Positions 28,501 through 42,226 of a stretch of DNA of 64,000 nt are shown piece by piece (position 1 is the first letter of the stretch; every line of letters starts with the position of its first letter). The stretch is from Lingula anatina (taxonomy: Eukaryota; Animalia; Brachiopoda), in contig CM120646.1 of the NCBI GenBank assembly GCA_051362555.1, positions 9,052,001 through 9,116,000 on the forward strand. The letters are read 5' to 3'. The notes below the pieces were generated by a model. That model saw only the letters and a program-made list of their open reading frames with translations. It did not search any database and was not told the origin of the DNA. Position numbers and translations under genes: made by a program.

Positions 28501-31500
28501 ATGAAAAAGAATTTTCAGAGCATATAAATGTGAAAAAACTGAAACTGACATTGCAAAGACTGCAAAATTCCATGGCTTAAAATAGTTAAACGTTAATAAT
28601 TTTTACAAATCTTGTCTAATATTTGTGAAATTTGGACAGATGATGCATAACAATAATAAAAATCTGTGATAAGCTCATCAGTTGACTGTGTCTCATTAAA
28701 AAGGGTTTTTTGGACAATAAAATTGAGAAAACTGAAAATGACATTGAAAAGACTGTCAAATGCGGTGCCTTAAAATAGTTAAATGTTAATAATTTTCACA
28801 AATCTTGTCCAATATTTTTCAAATTTGGACAGATGATGCATAACAATAATAAAAGTCTGTGATAAGCTCATCAGTTGAATGTGTCTCATGAAAAAGAATT
28901 TTCAGAGCATATAAATGCGAAAAAACTGAAACTGACATTGCAAAGACTGCCAAATGCGGTGCCTTAAAATAGTTAAATGTTAATAATTTTCACAAATCTT
29001 GTCTAATATTTGTGAAATTTGGATAGATGATGCATAACAACAATAAAAATCTGTGATAAGCTCATCAGTTGACTGAGTCTCATGAAAAACATTTTTCAGA
29101 GCAAATAAATGTGAGAAAACTGAAAATAAAACTGAAAAGACTGCCAAATTCCATGGTATAAAATAGTTAAACATTAATATTTTTCACAAATCTTCTCCAA
29201 TATTTGTGGAATTGGGAGTGATGATGCTTAACAATAAAAATCTGTGATTAGCTCATCAGTTTACTGTGTTTCATGAAAAACATTTTTGAGAGCATATAAA
29301 CGTGAGAAAACTGAAAATGACATTGCAAAGACTGCAAAATTCCATGGCTTAAAATAGTTAAATGTTAATAATTTTCACAAATCTTGTCTAATATTTGTGA
29401 AATTTGGATAGATGATGCATAACAACAATAAAAATCTGTGATAAGCTCATCAGTTGACTGTGTCTCATGAAAAACATTTTTCTATTTGGACAATAAATAT
29501 GAGAAAACTGAAAATAACACTGAAACGACTGCCAAATTCCATGGCTTAAAATAGTTAAACGTTAATAATTTTTACAAATCTTGTCTAATATTTATGAAAT
29601 TTGGACAGATGATGCAAAACAATAATAAAAATCTACGATAAGCTCATCAGTTGAATGTGTCTCATGAAAAAGAATTTTCAGAGCATATAAATGTGAAAAA
29701 ACTGAAAATGACATTGAAAAGACTGCAAAATTCCATGGCTTAGAATAGTTAAACGTTAATAATTTTCACAAAACATGTTCAATATTTGTGAAATTTGGAG
29801 AGATGATGCTTAACAATATCAAAAATCTGTGATAAGTTTAACAGTTGACAGTGTGTGATAGAATTGTAGTTGTTTGACATATTGTATGCAAAGAGTGAGA
29901 ATTATCTACAATATTTTTTTTTCAATTTCACAACATCTAATTAGACTCACATTAAACATCAAATATTATGATTTGAGTTTGTTTGTGTAAGAGGTGACAA
30001 ATTACCCATAATTTTCCTCTGGAAAAGAATATATACCCATTTAAGACATCTCCTTACTACCAATACCAGATGCAGATTCCTCCTTTCAATCGGTTTCTGG
30101 AATTGAGGTTTAGCACACCATTTGACAATGTCCTAAAGCTTGCCATATACCATCTATTGCACACATGGATGAGACATAGCATTGCTCTTGCTGTTGTCTT
30201 TTGCTGTCTGTTTTTTCTATAGGAATTATCCCTGACCAGACAGGAAGAATCAGTTCACCAAAAAAGCCATCACGCTGTATGGAAAAGGTCACCTGGAAAA
30301 AGAACAACGTTTGATAAAAGTGAAAACTAAATTCTAAAAATTGACAAATTTCCCACACTAAAATAGTTGAACAATAATTTTGATAAACTTAACCTAAACA
30401 GTTGACTATGACTAATAAAAAGGATATTTTCAGAACATATAAAATTGAGAAATACTTAAAATGAAATTGAAAAGACTGCCAAATGCGGTGCCTTAAAATA
30501 GTTAAATGTTAATAATTTTCACAAATCTTGTCCAATATTTGTGAAATTTGGACAGATGATGCATAACTATAATAAAAATCTATGATAAGCTCATCAGTTG
30601 AATGTGTCTCATGAAAAATCTTTTTTTAGAGCATATAAATGTGAGAAAACTGAAACTGACATTGCAAAGACTGCAAAATTCCATGGCTTAAAATAGTTAA
30701 ACGTTAATAATTTTTACAAATCTTGTCTAATATTTGTGAAATTTGGACAGATGATGCATAACAATAATAAAAATCTGTGATAAGCTCATCAGTTGACTGT
30801 GTCTCATTAAAAAGGTTTTTTTGGACAATAAATTTGAGAAAATTGAAAATGACACTGAGAAGACTGCAAAAGGCGGTGCCTTAAAATAGTTAAACGTTAA
30901 TAATTTTCACAAAACATGTTCAATATTTGTGAAATTTGGAGAGATGATGCTTAACAATATCAAAAATCTGTGATAAGTTTAACAGTTGACAGTGTGTGAT
31001 AGAATTGTAGTTGTTTGACATTTTGTATGCGAAGAGTGAGAATTATCTAAAATTTTTTTTTTTCAATTTCACAACATCTTATTAGACTCACATTAAACAT
31101 CAAATATCATGATTTGAGTTTGTTTGTGTAAGAGGTGACAAATTACCCATAATTTTCCTCTGGAAAAGAATATATACCCATTTAAGACATCTCCTTACTA
31201 CCAATACCAGATGCAGATTCCTCCTTACAATCGGTTTCTGGAATAGGGTTTAGCACACCATTTGACAATGTCCTAAAGCTTGCCATATACCATCTATTGT
31301 ACACATGGATGAGACATAGCATTGTTCTTGCTGTTGTCTTTTGCTGTCTGTTTTTTCTATAGGAATTAGCCCTGACCAGACAGGAAGAATCAGTTCACCA
31401 AAAAAGCCATCACGCTGTATGGAAAAGGTCACCTGGAAAAAGAACAACATGTTTGATAAAAGTGAAAACTAAATTCTAAAGATTGACAAATTTCCCACAC

Positions 31501-33550
31501 TAAAATAGTTGAACAATAATTTTGATAAACTTAACCTAAATAGTTGACTATGACTAATAAAAAGGATATTTTCAGAACATATAAATTTGAGAAATACTTA
31601 AAATGACATTGAAAAGACTGCCAAATGCGGTGCCTTAAAATAGTTAAATGTAAATAATTTTCACAAATCTTGTCCAATATTTGTGAAATTTGGACAGATG
31701 ATGCATAACTATAATAAAAATCTATGATAAGCTCATCAGTTGAATATGTCTCATAAAAAATCTTTTTTTAGAGCATAAAAATGTGAGAAAACTGAAACTG
31801 ACATTGCAAAGACTGTCAAATGCGGTGCCTTAAAATAGTTAAATGTTAATAATTTTCACAAATCTTGTCCAATATTTTTCAAATTTGGACAGATGATGCA
31901 TAACAATAATAAAAGTCTGTGAAAAGCTCATCAGTTGAATGTGTCTCATGAAAAGGAATTTTCAGAGCATATAAATGTGAAAAAACTGAAACTGACATTG
32001 CAAAGACTGCAAAATTCCATGGCTTAAAATAGTTAAACGTTAATAATTTTTACAAATCTTGTCTAATATTTGTGAAATTTGGACAGATGATGCATAACAA
32101 TAATAAAAATCTGTGATAAGCTCATCAGTTGACTGTGTCTCATTAAAAAGGGTTTTTTGGACAATAAAATTGAGAAAACTGAAAATGACATTGAAAAGAC
32201 TGTCAAATGCGGTGCCTTAAAATAGTTAAATGTTAATAATTTTCACAAATCTTGTCCAATATTTTTCAAATTTGGTCAGATGATGCATAACAATAATAAA
32301 AATCTGTGATAAGCTCATCAGTTGAATGTGTCTCATGAAAAAGAATTTTCAGAGCATGTAAATGTGAAAAAACTGAAACTGACATTGCAAAGACTGCCAA
32401 ATGCGGTGCCTTAAAATAGTTAAATGTTAATAATTTTCACAAATCTTGTCTAATATTTATGAAATTTGGATAGATGATGCATAACAACAATAAAAATCTG
32501 TGATAAGCTCATCAGTTGACTGTGTCTCATGAAAAACATTTTTCAGAGCAAATAAATGTGAGAAAACTGAAAATAAAACTGAAAAGACTGCCAAATTCCA
32601 TGGTATAAAATAGTTAAACATTAATATTTTTCACAAATCTTCTCCAATATTTGTGGAATTGGGAGTGATGATGCTTAACAATAATAAAAATCTGTGATTA
32701 GCTCATCAGTTTACTGTTTCATGAAAAACATTTTTGAGAGCATATAAACGTGAGAAAACTGAAAATGACATTGCAAAGACTGCAAAATTCCATGGCTTAA
32801 AATAGTTAAATGTTAATAATTTTCACAAATCTTGTCTAATATTTGTGAAATTTGGATAGATGATGCATAACAACAATAAAAATCTGTGATAAGCTCATCA
32901 GTTGACTGTGTCTCATGAAAAACATTTTTCTATTTGGACAATAAATTTGAGAAAACTGAAAATAACACTGAAACGACTGCCAAATTCCATGGCTTAAAAT
33001 AGTTAAACGTTAATAATTTTTACAAATCTTGTCTAATATTTATGAAATTTGGACAGATGATGCAAAACAATAATAAAAATCTGCAATAAGCTCATCAGTT
33101 GAATGTGTCTCATGAAAAAGAATTTTCAGAGCATATAAATGTGAAAAAACTGAAAATGACATTGAAAAGACTGCAAAATTCCATGGCTTAGAATAGTTAA
33201 ACGTTAATAATTTTCACAAAACATGTTCAATATTTGTGAAATTTGGAGAGATGATGCTTAACAATATCAAAAATCTGTGATAAGTTTAACAGTTGACAGT
33301 GTGTGATAGAATTGTAGTTGTTTGACATATTGTATGCGAAGAGTGAGAATTATCTACAATATTTTTTTTTCAATTTCACAACATCTAATTAGACTCACAT
33401 TAAACATCAAATATTATGATTTGAGTTTGTTTGTGTAAGAGGTGACAAATTACCCATAATTTTCCTCTGGAAAAGAATATATACCCATTTAAGACATCTC
33501 CTTACTACCAATACCAGATGCAGATTCCTCCTTTCAATCGGTTTCTGGAA
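23200..33550. repeat. About 3.45-kb higher-order repeat (1140 + 2310 bp unit pair), about three copies
   Basis: Anchors 23212/26663/30110/33558 and 24353/27803/31250 are spaced 3447-3451 bp. Confidence 0.88.
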
Positions 33551-36500
33551 TTGAGGTTTAGCACACCATTTGACAATGTCCTAAAGCTTGCCATATACCA
33601 TCTATTGCACACATGGATGAGACATAGCATTGCTCTTGCTGTTGTCTTTTGCTGTCTGTTTTTTCTATAGGAATTATCCCTGACCAGACAGGAAGAATCA
33701 GTTCACCAAAAAAGCCATCACGCTGTATGGAAAAGGTCACCTGGAAAAAGAACATGTTTGATAAAAGTGAAAACTAAATTCTAAAAATTGACAAATTTCA
33801 CACACTAAAATAGTTGAACAATAATTTTGATAAACATAACCTAAACAGTTGACTATGACTAATAAAAAGGATATTTTCAGAACATATAAAATTGAGAAAT
33901 ACTTAAAATGACATTGAAAAGACTGTCAAATGCGGTGCCTTAAAATAGTTAAATGTTAATAATTTTCACAAATCTTGTCCAATATTTTTCAAATTTGGAC
34001 AGATGATGCATAACAATAATAAAAGTCTGTGATAAGCTCATCAGTTGAATGTGTCTCATGAAAAAGAATTTTCAGAGCATATAAATGTGAAAAAACTGAA
34101 ACTGACATTGCAAAGACTGCAAAATTCCATGGCTTAAAATAGTTAAACGTTAATAATTTTTACAAATCTTGTCTAATATTTGTGAAATTTGGACAGATGA
34201 TGCATAACAATAATAAAAATCTGTGATAAGCTCATCAGTTGACTGTGTCTCATTAAAAAGGGTTTTTTGGACAATAAAATTGAGAAAACTGAAAATGACA
34301 TTGAAAAGACTGTCAAATGCGGTGCCTTAAAATAGTTAAATGTTAATAATTTTCACAAATCTTGTCCAATATTTTTCAAATTTGGACAGATGATGCATAA
34401 CAATAATAAAAGTCTGTGATAAGCTCATCAGTTGAATGTGTCTCATGAAAAAGAATTTTCAGAGCATATAAATGTGAAAAAACTGAAACTGACATTGCAA
34501 AGACTGCAAAATTCCATGGCTTAAAATAGTTAAACGTTAATAATTTTTACAAATCTTGTCTAATATTTGTGAAATTTGGACAGATGATGCATAACAATAA
34601 TAAAAATCTGTGATAAGCTCATCAGTTGACTGTGTCTCATTAAAAAGGTTTTTTTGGACAATAAATTTGAGAAAATTGAAAATGACACTGAGAAGACTGC
34701 AAAAGGCGGTGCCTTAAAATAGTTAAACGTTAATAATTTTCACAAAACATGTTCAATATTTGTGAAATTTGGAGAGATGATGCTTAACAATATCAAAAAT
34801 CTGTGATAAGTTTAACAGTTGACAGTGTGTGATAGAATTGTAGTTGTTTGACATTTTGTATGCGAAGAGTGAGAATTATCTAAAAATTTTTTTTTTCAAT
34901 TTCACAACATCTTATTAGACTCACATTAAACATCAAAAATCATGATTTGAGTTTGTTTGTGTAAGAGGTGACAAATTACCCATAATTTTCCTCTGGAAAA
35001 GAATATATACCCATTTAAGACATCTCCTTACTACCAATACCAGATGCAGATTCCTCCTTACAATCGGTTTCTGGAATAGGGTTTAGCACACCATTTGACA
35101 ATGTCCTAAAGCTTGCCATATACCATCTATTGTACACATGGATGAGACATAGCATTGTTCTTGCTGTTGTCTTTTGCTGTCTGTTTTTTCTATAGCAATT
35201 AGCCCTGACCAGACAGGAAGAATCAGTTCACCAAAAAAGCCATCACGCTGTATGGAAAAGGTCACCTGGAAAAAGAACAACATGTTTGATAAAAGTGAAA
35301 ACTAAATTCTAAAGATTGACAAATTTCCCACACTAAAATAGTTGAACAATAATTTTGATAAACTTAACCTAAATAGTTGACTGTGACTAATAAAAAGGAT
35401 ATTTTCAGAACATATAAATTTGAGAAATACTTAAAATGACATTGAAAAGACTGCCAAATGCGGTGCCTTAAAATAGTTAAATGTTAATAATTTTCACAAA
35501 TCTTGTCCAATATTTGTGAAATTTGGACATATGATGCATAACTATAATAAAAATCTATGATAAGCTCATCAGTTGAATGTGTCTCATGAAAAATCTTTTT
35601 TTAGAGCATATAAATGTGAGAAAACTGAAACTGACATTGCAAAGACTGCAAAATTCCATGGCTTAAAATAGTTAAACGTTAATAATTTTCACAAATCTTG
35701 TCTAATATTTGTGAAATTTGGATAGATGAAGCATAACAACAATAAAAATCTGTGATAAGCTCATCAGTTGACTGTGTCTCATTAAAAATATTTTTTTGGA
35801 CAATAAATTTGAGAAAATTGAAAATGGAAAAGAATATATACCCATTTAAGACATCTCCTTACTACCAATACCAGATGCAGATTCTTCCTTACAATCGGTT
35901 TCTGGAATAGGGTTTAGCACACCATTTGACAATGTCCTAAAGCTTGACATATGCCATCTATTGTACACATGGATGAGACATAGCATTGCTCTTGCTATTG
36001 CCTTTCGCTGTCTGTTTTTTCTATAGGAATTAGCCCTGACCAGACAGGAAGAATCAGTTCACCAAAAAAGCCATCATGCTGTATGAAAAAGGTCACCTGG
36101 AAAAAGAACAATATGTTTGATAAAAGTGAAAATTAAATTCTAAAAATTAATAAATTTCCCACACTAAAATAGTTGAACAATAATTTTGATAAACTTAACC
36201 TAAACAGTTGACTATGTCAAATAAAAAGGATATTTTCAGAACATATAAATTTGAGAAATACTGAAAATGACATTGAAAAGACTGCCAAATGCGGTGCCTT
36301 AAAATAGTTATATGTTAATAATTTTCACAAATCTTGTCCAATATTTGTGAAATTTGGACACATGATGCATAACAATAATAAAAATCTGTGATAAGCTCAT
36401 CAGTTGACTGTCTCATGAAAAACATTTTTCAGAGCAAATAAATGTGAGAAAACTGAAAATGACACTGAAAAGACTGCCAAATTCCATGGTATAAAATAGT

Positions 36501-39500
36501 TAAACGTTAATAATTTTCACAAATCTTGTCTAATATTTGTGAAATTTGGATAGATGAAGCATAACAACAATAAACATCTGTGATAAGCTCATTAGTTGAA
36601 TGTGTCTCATGAAAAAGTTTTTTTTGGACAATAAAATTGAGAAAACTGAAAATGACATTGAAAAGACTGCCAAATGCGGTGCCTTAAAATAGTTAAACAT
36701 TAATAATTATCACAAATCTTGTTCAATATTTGTGAAATTTGGACAGATGATGCATAACAATAATAAAAATCTGTGATAAGCTCATCAGTTGACTGTGTCT
36801 TATGAAAAACATTTTTCAGAGATAATAAATGTGAGCTAACTGAAAATGACATTGCAAAGACTGCAAAATTCCATGGCTTAAAATAGTTAATCGTTAATAA
36901 TTTTCACAAATCCTGTCTAATATTTGTGAAATTTGGATAGATGATGCATAACAACAATAAAAATCTGTGATAAGCTCATCAGTTGACTGTGTCTCATTAA
37001 AAAGATTTTTTTGGACAATAAATTTGAGAAAATTGAAAATGGAAAAGAATATATACCCATTTAAGACATCTCCTTACTACCAATACCAGATGCAGATTCT
37101 TCCTTACAATCGGTTTCTGGAATAGGGTTTAGCACACCATTTGACAATGTCCTAAAGCTTGACATATGCCATCTATTGTACACATGGATGAGACATAGCA
37201 TTGCTCTTGCTATTGCCTTTCGCTGTCTGTTTTTTCTATAGGAATTAGCCCTGACCAGACAGGAAGAATCAGTTCACCAAAAAAGCCATCATGCTGTATG
37301 AAAAAGGTCACCTGGAAAAAGAACAATATGTTTGATAAAAGTGAAAATTAAATTCTAAAAATTAATAAATTTCCCACACTAAAATAGTTGAACAATAATT
37401 TTGATAAACTTAATCTAAACAGTTGACTATGTCAAATAAAAAGGATATTTTCAGAACATATAAATTTGAGAAATACTGAAAATGACATTGAAAAGACTGC
37501 CAAATGCGGTGCCTTAAAATAGTTATATGTTAATAATTTTCACAAATCTTGTCCAATATTTGTGAAATTTGGACACATGATGCATAACAATAATAAAAAT
37601 CTGTGATAAGCTCATCAGTTGACTGTGTCTCATGAAAAACATTTTTCAGAGCAAATAAATGTGAGAAAACTGAAAATGACACTGAAAAGACTGCCAAATT
37701 CCATGGTATAAAATAGTTAAACGTTAATAATTTTCACAAATCTTGTCTAATATTTGTGAAATTTGGATAGATGAAGCATAACAACAATAAACATCTGTGA
37801 TAAGCTGATCAGTTGAATGTGTCTCATGAAAAAGATTTTTTTTTTGGACAATAAATTTGAGAAAACTGAAAATGACACTGAAGCGACTGCTAAATTCCAT
37901 GACTTAAAATAGTTAAACGTTAATAATTTTCACAAATCTTGTCCAATATTTGTGGAATTTGGAGAGATGAAGCATAACAACAATAAAAATCTGTGATAAG
38001 CTCATCAGTTGACTGTGTCTCATAAAAAAGTTTTATTTGGACAATAAAATTGAGAAAACTGAAAATGACATTGAAAAGACTGCAAAATGCGGTGCCTTAA
38101 AATAGTTAAACGTTAATAATTTTCACAAATCTTGTCCAATATTTGTGAAATTTGGACAGATGATGCATAACAACAATAAAAATCTGTGATAAGCTCATCA
38201 GTTGACTGTGTCTCATGAAAAAGAATTTTCAGAGCATATAAATGTGAGAAAACTGAAAATGACACTGAAAAGACTGCCAAATTCCATGGTATAAAATAGT
38301 TAAACGTTAATAATTTTAACAAATCTTGTCTAATATTTGTGAAATTTGGATAGATGAAGCATAACAATAATAAAAATCTGTGATAAGCTCATCAGTTGAC
38401 TGTGTCTCATGAAAAAGATTTTTTTTTTTTGGACAATGAATTTGAGAAAACTGAAAATGACACTGAAACGACTGCTAAATTCCATGGCTTAAAATAGTTT
38501 AACGTTAATCATTTTTACAAATCTCGTCTAATTTCTGTGAAATGTGGATAGATGATGCATAACAACAATAAAAATCTGTGATAAGCTCATTAGTTGAATG
38601 TGTCTCATGAAAAAGTTTTTTTTGGACAATAAAATTGAGAAAACTGAAAATGACATTGAAAAGACTGCAAAATGCGGTGCCTTAAAATAGTTAAACATTA
38701 ATAATTATCACAAATCTTGTTCAATATTTGTGAAATTTGGACAGATGATGCATAACAATAATATAAATCTGTGATAAGCTCATCAGTTGACTGTGTCCCA
38801 TTGAAAAGATTTTTTTGGACAATAAATTTGAGAAAATTGAAAATGACACTGAGAAGACTGCAAAAGGCGGTGCCTTAAAATAGTTAAATGTTAATAATTT
38901 TCACAAAACTTGTTCAATATTTGTGAAATTTGGACAGATGATGCTTAACAATAACAAAAATCTGTGATAAGCTTTACAGTTGACAGAGTGTGATAGAATT
39001 GTAGTTGTTTGACATTTTATATGCGAAGAGTGAGAATTATCTACAATATTTTTTTTTCAACTTCACATCTAATTAGACTCACATTAAACATCAAATATTA
39101 TGATTTGAGTTTGTTTGTGTAAGAGGTGACAATTTACCCATAATTTTCCTCTGGAAAAGAATATATACCCATTTAAGACATCTCCATACTACCAATACCA
39201 GATGCAGATTCCTCCTTACAATCGGTTTCTGGAATAGGGTTTAGCACACCATTTGACAATGTCCTAAAGCTTGCCATATACCATCTATTGTACACATGGG
39301 TGCGACATAGCATTGCTCTTGCTGCTGTCTTTTGCTGTCTGTTTTTTCTATAGGAATTAGCCCTGACCAGACAGGAAGAATCAGTTCACCAAAAAAGCCA
39401 TCACGCTGTATGGAAAAGGTCACCTGGAAAAAGAACAATATGTTTGATAAAAGTGAAAATTAAATTCTAAAAATTAATAAATTTCCCATACTAAAATATT

Positions 39501-42226
39501 TGAACAATAATTTTGATAAACTTAACCTAAACAGTTGACTATGTCTAATAAAAAGGATATTTTCAGAACATATAAATTTGAGAAATACTGAAAATGACAT
39601 TGAAAAGACTGCCAAATGCAGTGCCTTAAAATAGTTAAATGTTAATAATTTTCACAAATCTTGTCCAAAATTTGTGAAATTTGGACAGTTGATGCATAAC
39701 AATAATAAAAATCTGTGATTAGTTCATCAGTCGACTGTGTCTCATGAAAAACATTTTTCAGAGCAAATAAATGTGAGAAAACTGAAAATGACACTGAAAA
39801 GACTGCCAAATTCCATGGTATAAAATAGTTAAACGTTAATAATTTTAACAAATCTTGTCTAATATCTGTGAAATGTGGATAGATGATGCATAACAACAAT
39901 AAAAATCTGTGATAAGCTCATTAGTTGAATGTGTCTCATGAAAAAGTTTTTTTTGGACAATAAAATTGAGAAAACTGAAAATGACATTGAAAAGACTGCA
40001 AAATGCGGTGCCTTAAAATAGTTAAACATTAATAATTATTACAAATCTTGTTCAATATTTGTGAAATTTGGACAGATGATGCATAACAATAATAAAAATC
40101 TGTGATAAGCTCATCAATTGACTGTGTCTCATTAAAAAGATTTTTTTGGACAATAAATTTGAGAAAATTGAAAATGACACTGAGAAGACTGCAAAAGGCG
40201 GTGCCTTAAAATAGTTAAACATTAATAATTTTCACAAAACTTGTTCAAAATTTGTGAAATTTGGACAGTTGATGCATAACAATAATATAAATCTGTGATA
40301 AGCTCATCAGTAGACTGTGTCTCATGAAAAACATTTTTCAGAGCAAATAAATGTGAGAAAACTGAAAATGACATTGCAAAGACTGCAAAATTCCATGGCT
40401 TAAAATAGTTAATCGTTAATAATTTTCACAAATCTTGTCTATGAAATGTGGATAGATGATGCATAACAACAATAAAAATCTGTGATAAGCTCATCAGTTG
40501 ACTGTGTCTCATTAAAAAGATTTTTTTGGACAATAAATTTGAGAAAATTGAAAATGACACTGAGAAGACTGCAAAAGGCGGTGCCTTAAAATAGTTAAAC
40601 GTTAATAATTTTCACAAAACTTGTTCAATATTTGTGAAATTTGGAGAGATGATGCTTAACAATAACAATAATCTGTGATAAGTTTAACAGTTGACAGTGT
40701 GTGACAGAATTGTAGTTGTTTGACATTTTGTATGCGAAGAGTGAGAATTATCTACAATATTTTTTTTTCAATCTCACAACATCTAATTAGACTCACATTA
40801 AACATCAAATATTATGATTTGAGTTTGTTTGTGTAAGAGGTGACAATTTACCCGTAATTTTTCTCTGGAAAAGAATATATACCCATTTAAGACATCTCCT
40901 TACTACCAATACCAGATGCAGATTCCTCCTTACAATCGGTTTCTGGAATTGAGGTTTAGCACACCATTTGACAATGTCCTAAAACTTGCCATATACCATC
41001 TATTGTACACATGGATGAGACATAGCATTGCTCTTGCTGTCGTCTTTTGCTGTCTGCTTTTTCTATAGGAATTAGCCCTGACCAGACAGGAAGAATCAGT
41101 TCACCAAAAAAGCCATCACGCTGTATTGAAAAGGTCACCTGGAAATAGGACAATGTTTGATAAAAGTGAAAATTAAATTCTAAAAATTGACAAATTTCCC
41201 ACACTAAAATAGTTGAACAATAATTTTGATAAACTTAACCTAAACGGTTGACAATGTCTAATAAAAAGGATATTTTCAGAACATATAAATTTGAGAAAAA
41301 CTGAAAATGACATTGAAAAGACTGCCAAATGCGGTGCCTTAAAATAGTTAAACGTTAATAATTTTCACAAAACTTGTTCAATATTTGTGAAATTTGGAGA
41401 GATGATGCTTAACAATAACAAAAATCTGTGATAAGCTTTACAGTTGACAGTGTGAGAAAGAATTGTAGTTGTTTGACATATTGTATGCGAAGAGTGAGAA
41501 TTATCTACAATATTTTTTTTTTCAATTTCACAACATCTAATTAGATTCACATTAAACATCAAATATTATGATTTGAGTTTGTTTGTGTAAGAGGTGACAA
41601 TTTACCCGTAATTTTCCTCTGGAAAAGAATATATACCCATTTAAGACATCTCCTTACTACCAATACCAGATGCAGATTCCTCCTTACAATTTGTGTTTGG
41701 AATTGGGGTTTAGCACACCATTTGACAATGTTTTAAAGCTTGCCTACCATCTATTGTACACATGGATGAGACATAGCATTGCTCTTGCTGTTGTCTTTTG
41801 CTGTCTGTTTTTTCTATAAGAATTAGCCATGACCAGACAGGAAGAATCAGTTCACCAAAAAAGCCCCCACACTGTATGGAAAAGGTCACCTGGAAGAGAA
41901 ATGTACAATGTATTTAAAAAAAAAAATGGAAATTAAATTTTAAAAAGTGATAAATTTATCAGACTAAAATAGCTAAACATTAATAATTTTGATAAAGTTG
42001 GATTTAAAAGTGGATTGTGTGTAATGGAAAGGCTCATCTGGAAAAAGAACAGTAAGTTTGAAAAAAAGTGAAAATATCGCCAGTTTTCGAGATGTAAGGG
42101 ATAGAAAATTTGCAAAGCTCAGTTCATGGTGAAAATAAGTTCAAGGGTCAATTTCAGGATCACAGTTAGATTGGCAGTATATGACATCCTATTCAAGTTC
42201 AATGAGGGTAAGAAATACTCCCCCTT

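Larger units (their letters stand above)
1..41900. repeat. Compound macrosatellite: 27 copies of a unique exon-like block separated by variable-length 194-bp monomer tracts
   Basis: The same anchor (tta before gcacaccatttgac) occurs at 79, 1765, 4075, 5603, 7137, 8667, 10194, 12310, 13840, 15368, 16895, 19010, 20540, 21681, 23212, 24353, 26663, 27803, 30110, 31250, 33558, 35083, 35914, 37129, 39241, 40956 and 41710. Spacings of 754, ~1141, ~1528, ~1715, ~2115 and ~2310 fit 754 + n x 194. Units of 831, 1215 and 1686 carry visible deletions. Confidence 0.97.

Noticed and set aside
480-39899. Repeated 64-85 aa ORFs (MFNYFIPWNLAVF...)
   Set aside because: These are chance open frames equal to about one monomer. 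They are present only in some monomer variants and are closed by stops or indels in the others.
1-41900. CRISPR-like repeat/spacer array
   Set aside because: The units are hundreds of bp long, the intervening blocks are near-identical rather than unique, there are no cas genes, and the context is eukaryotic.
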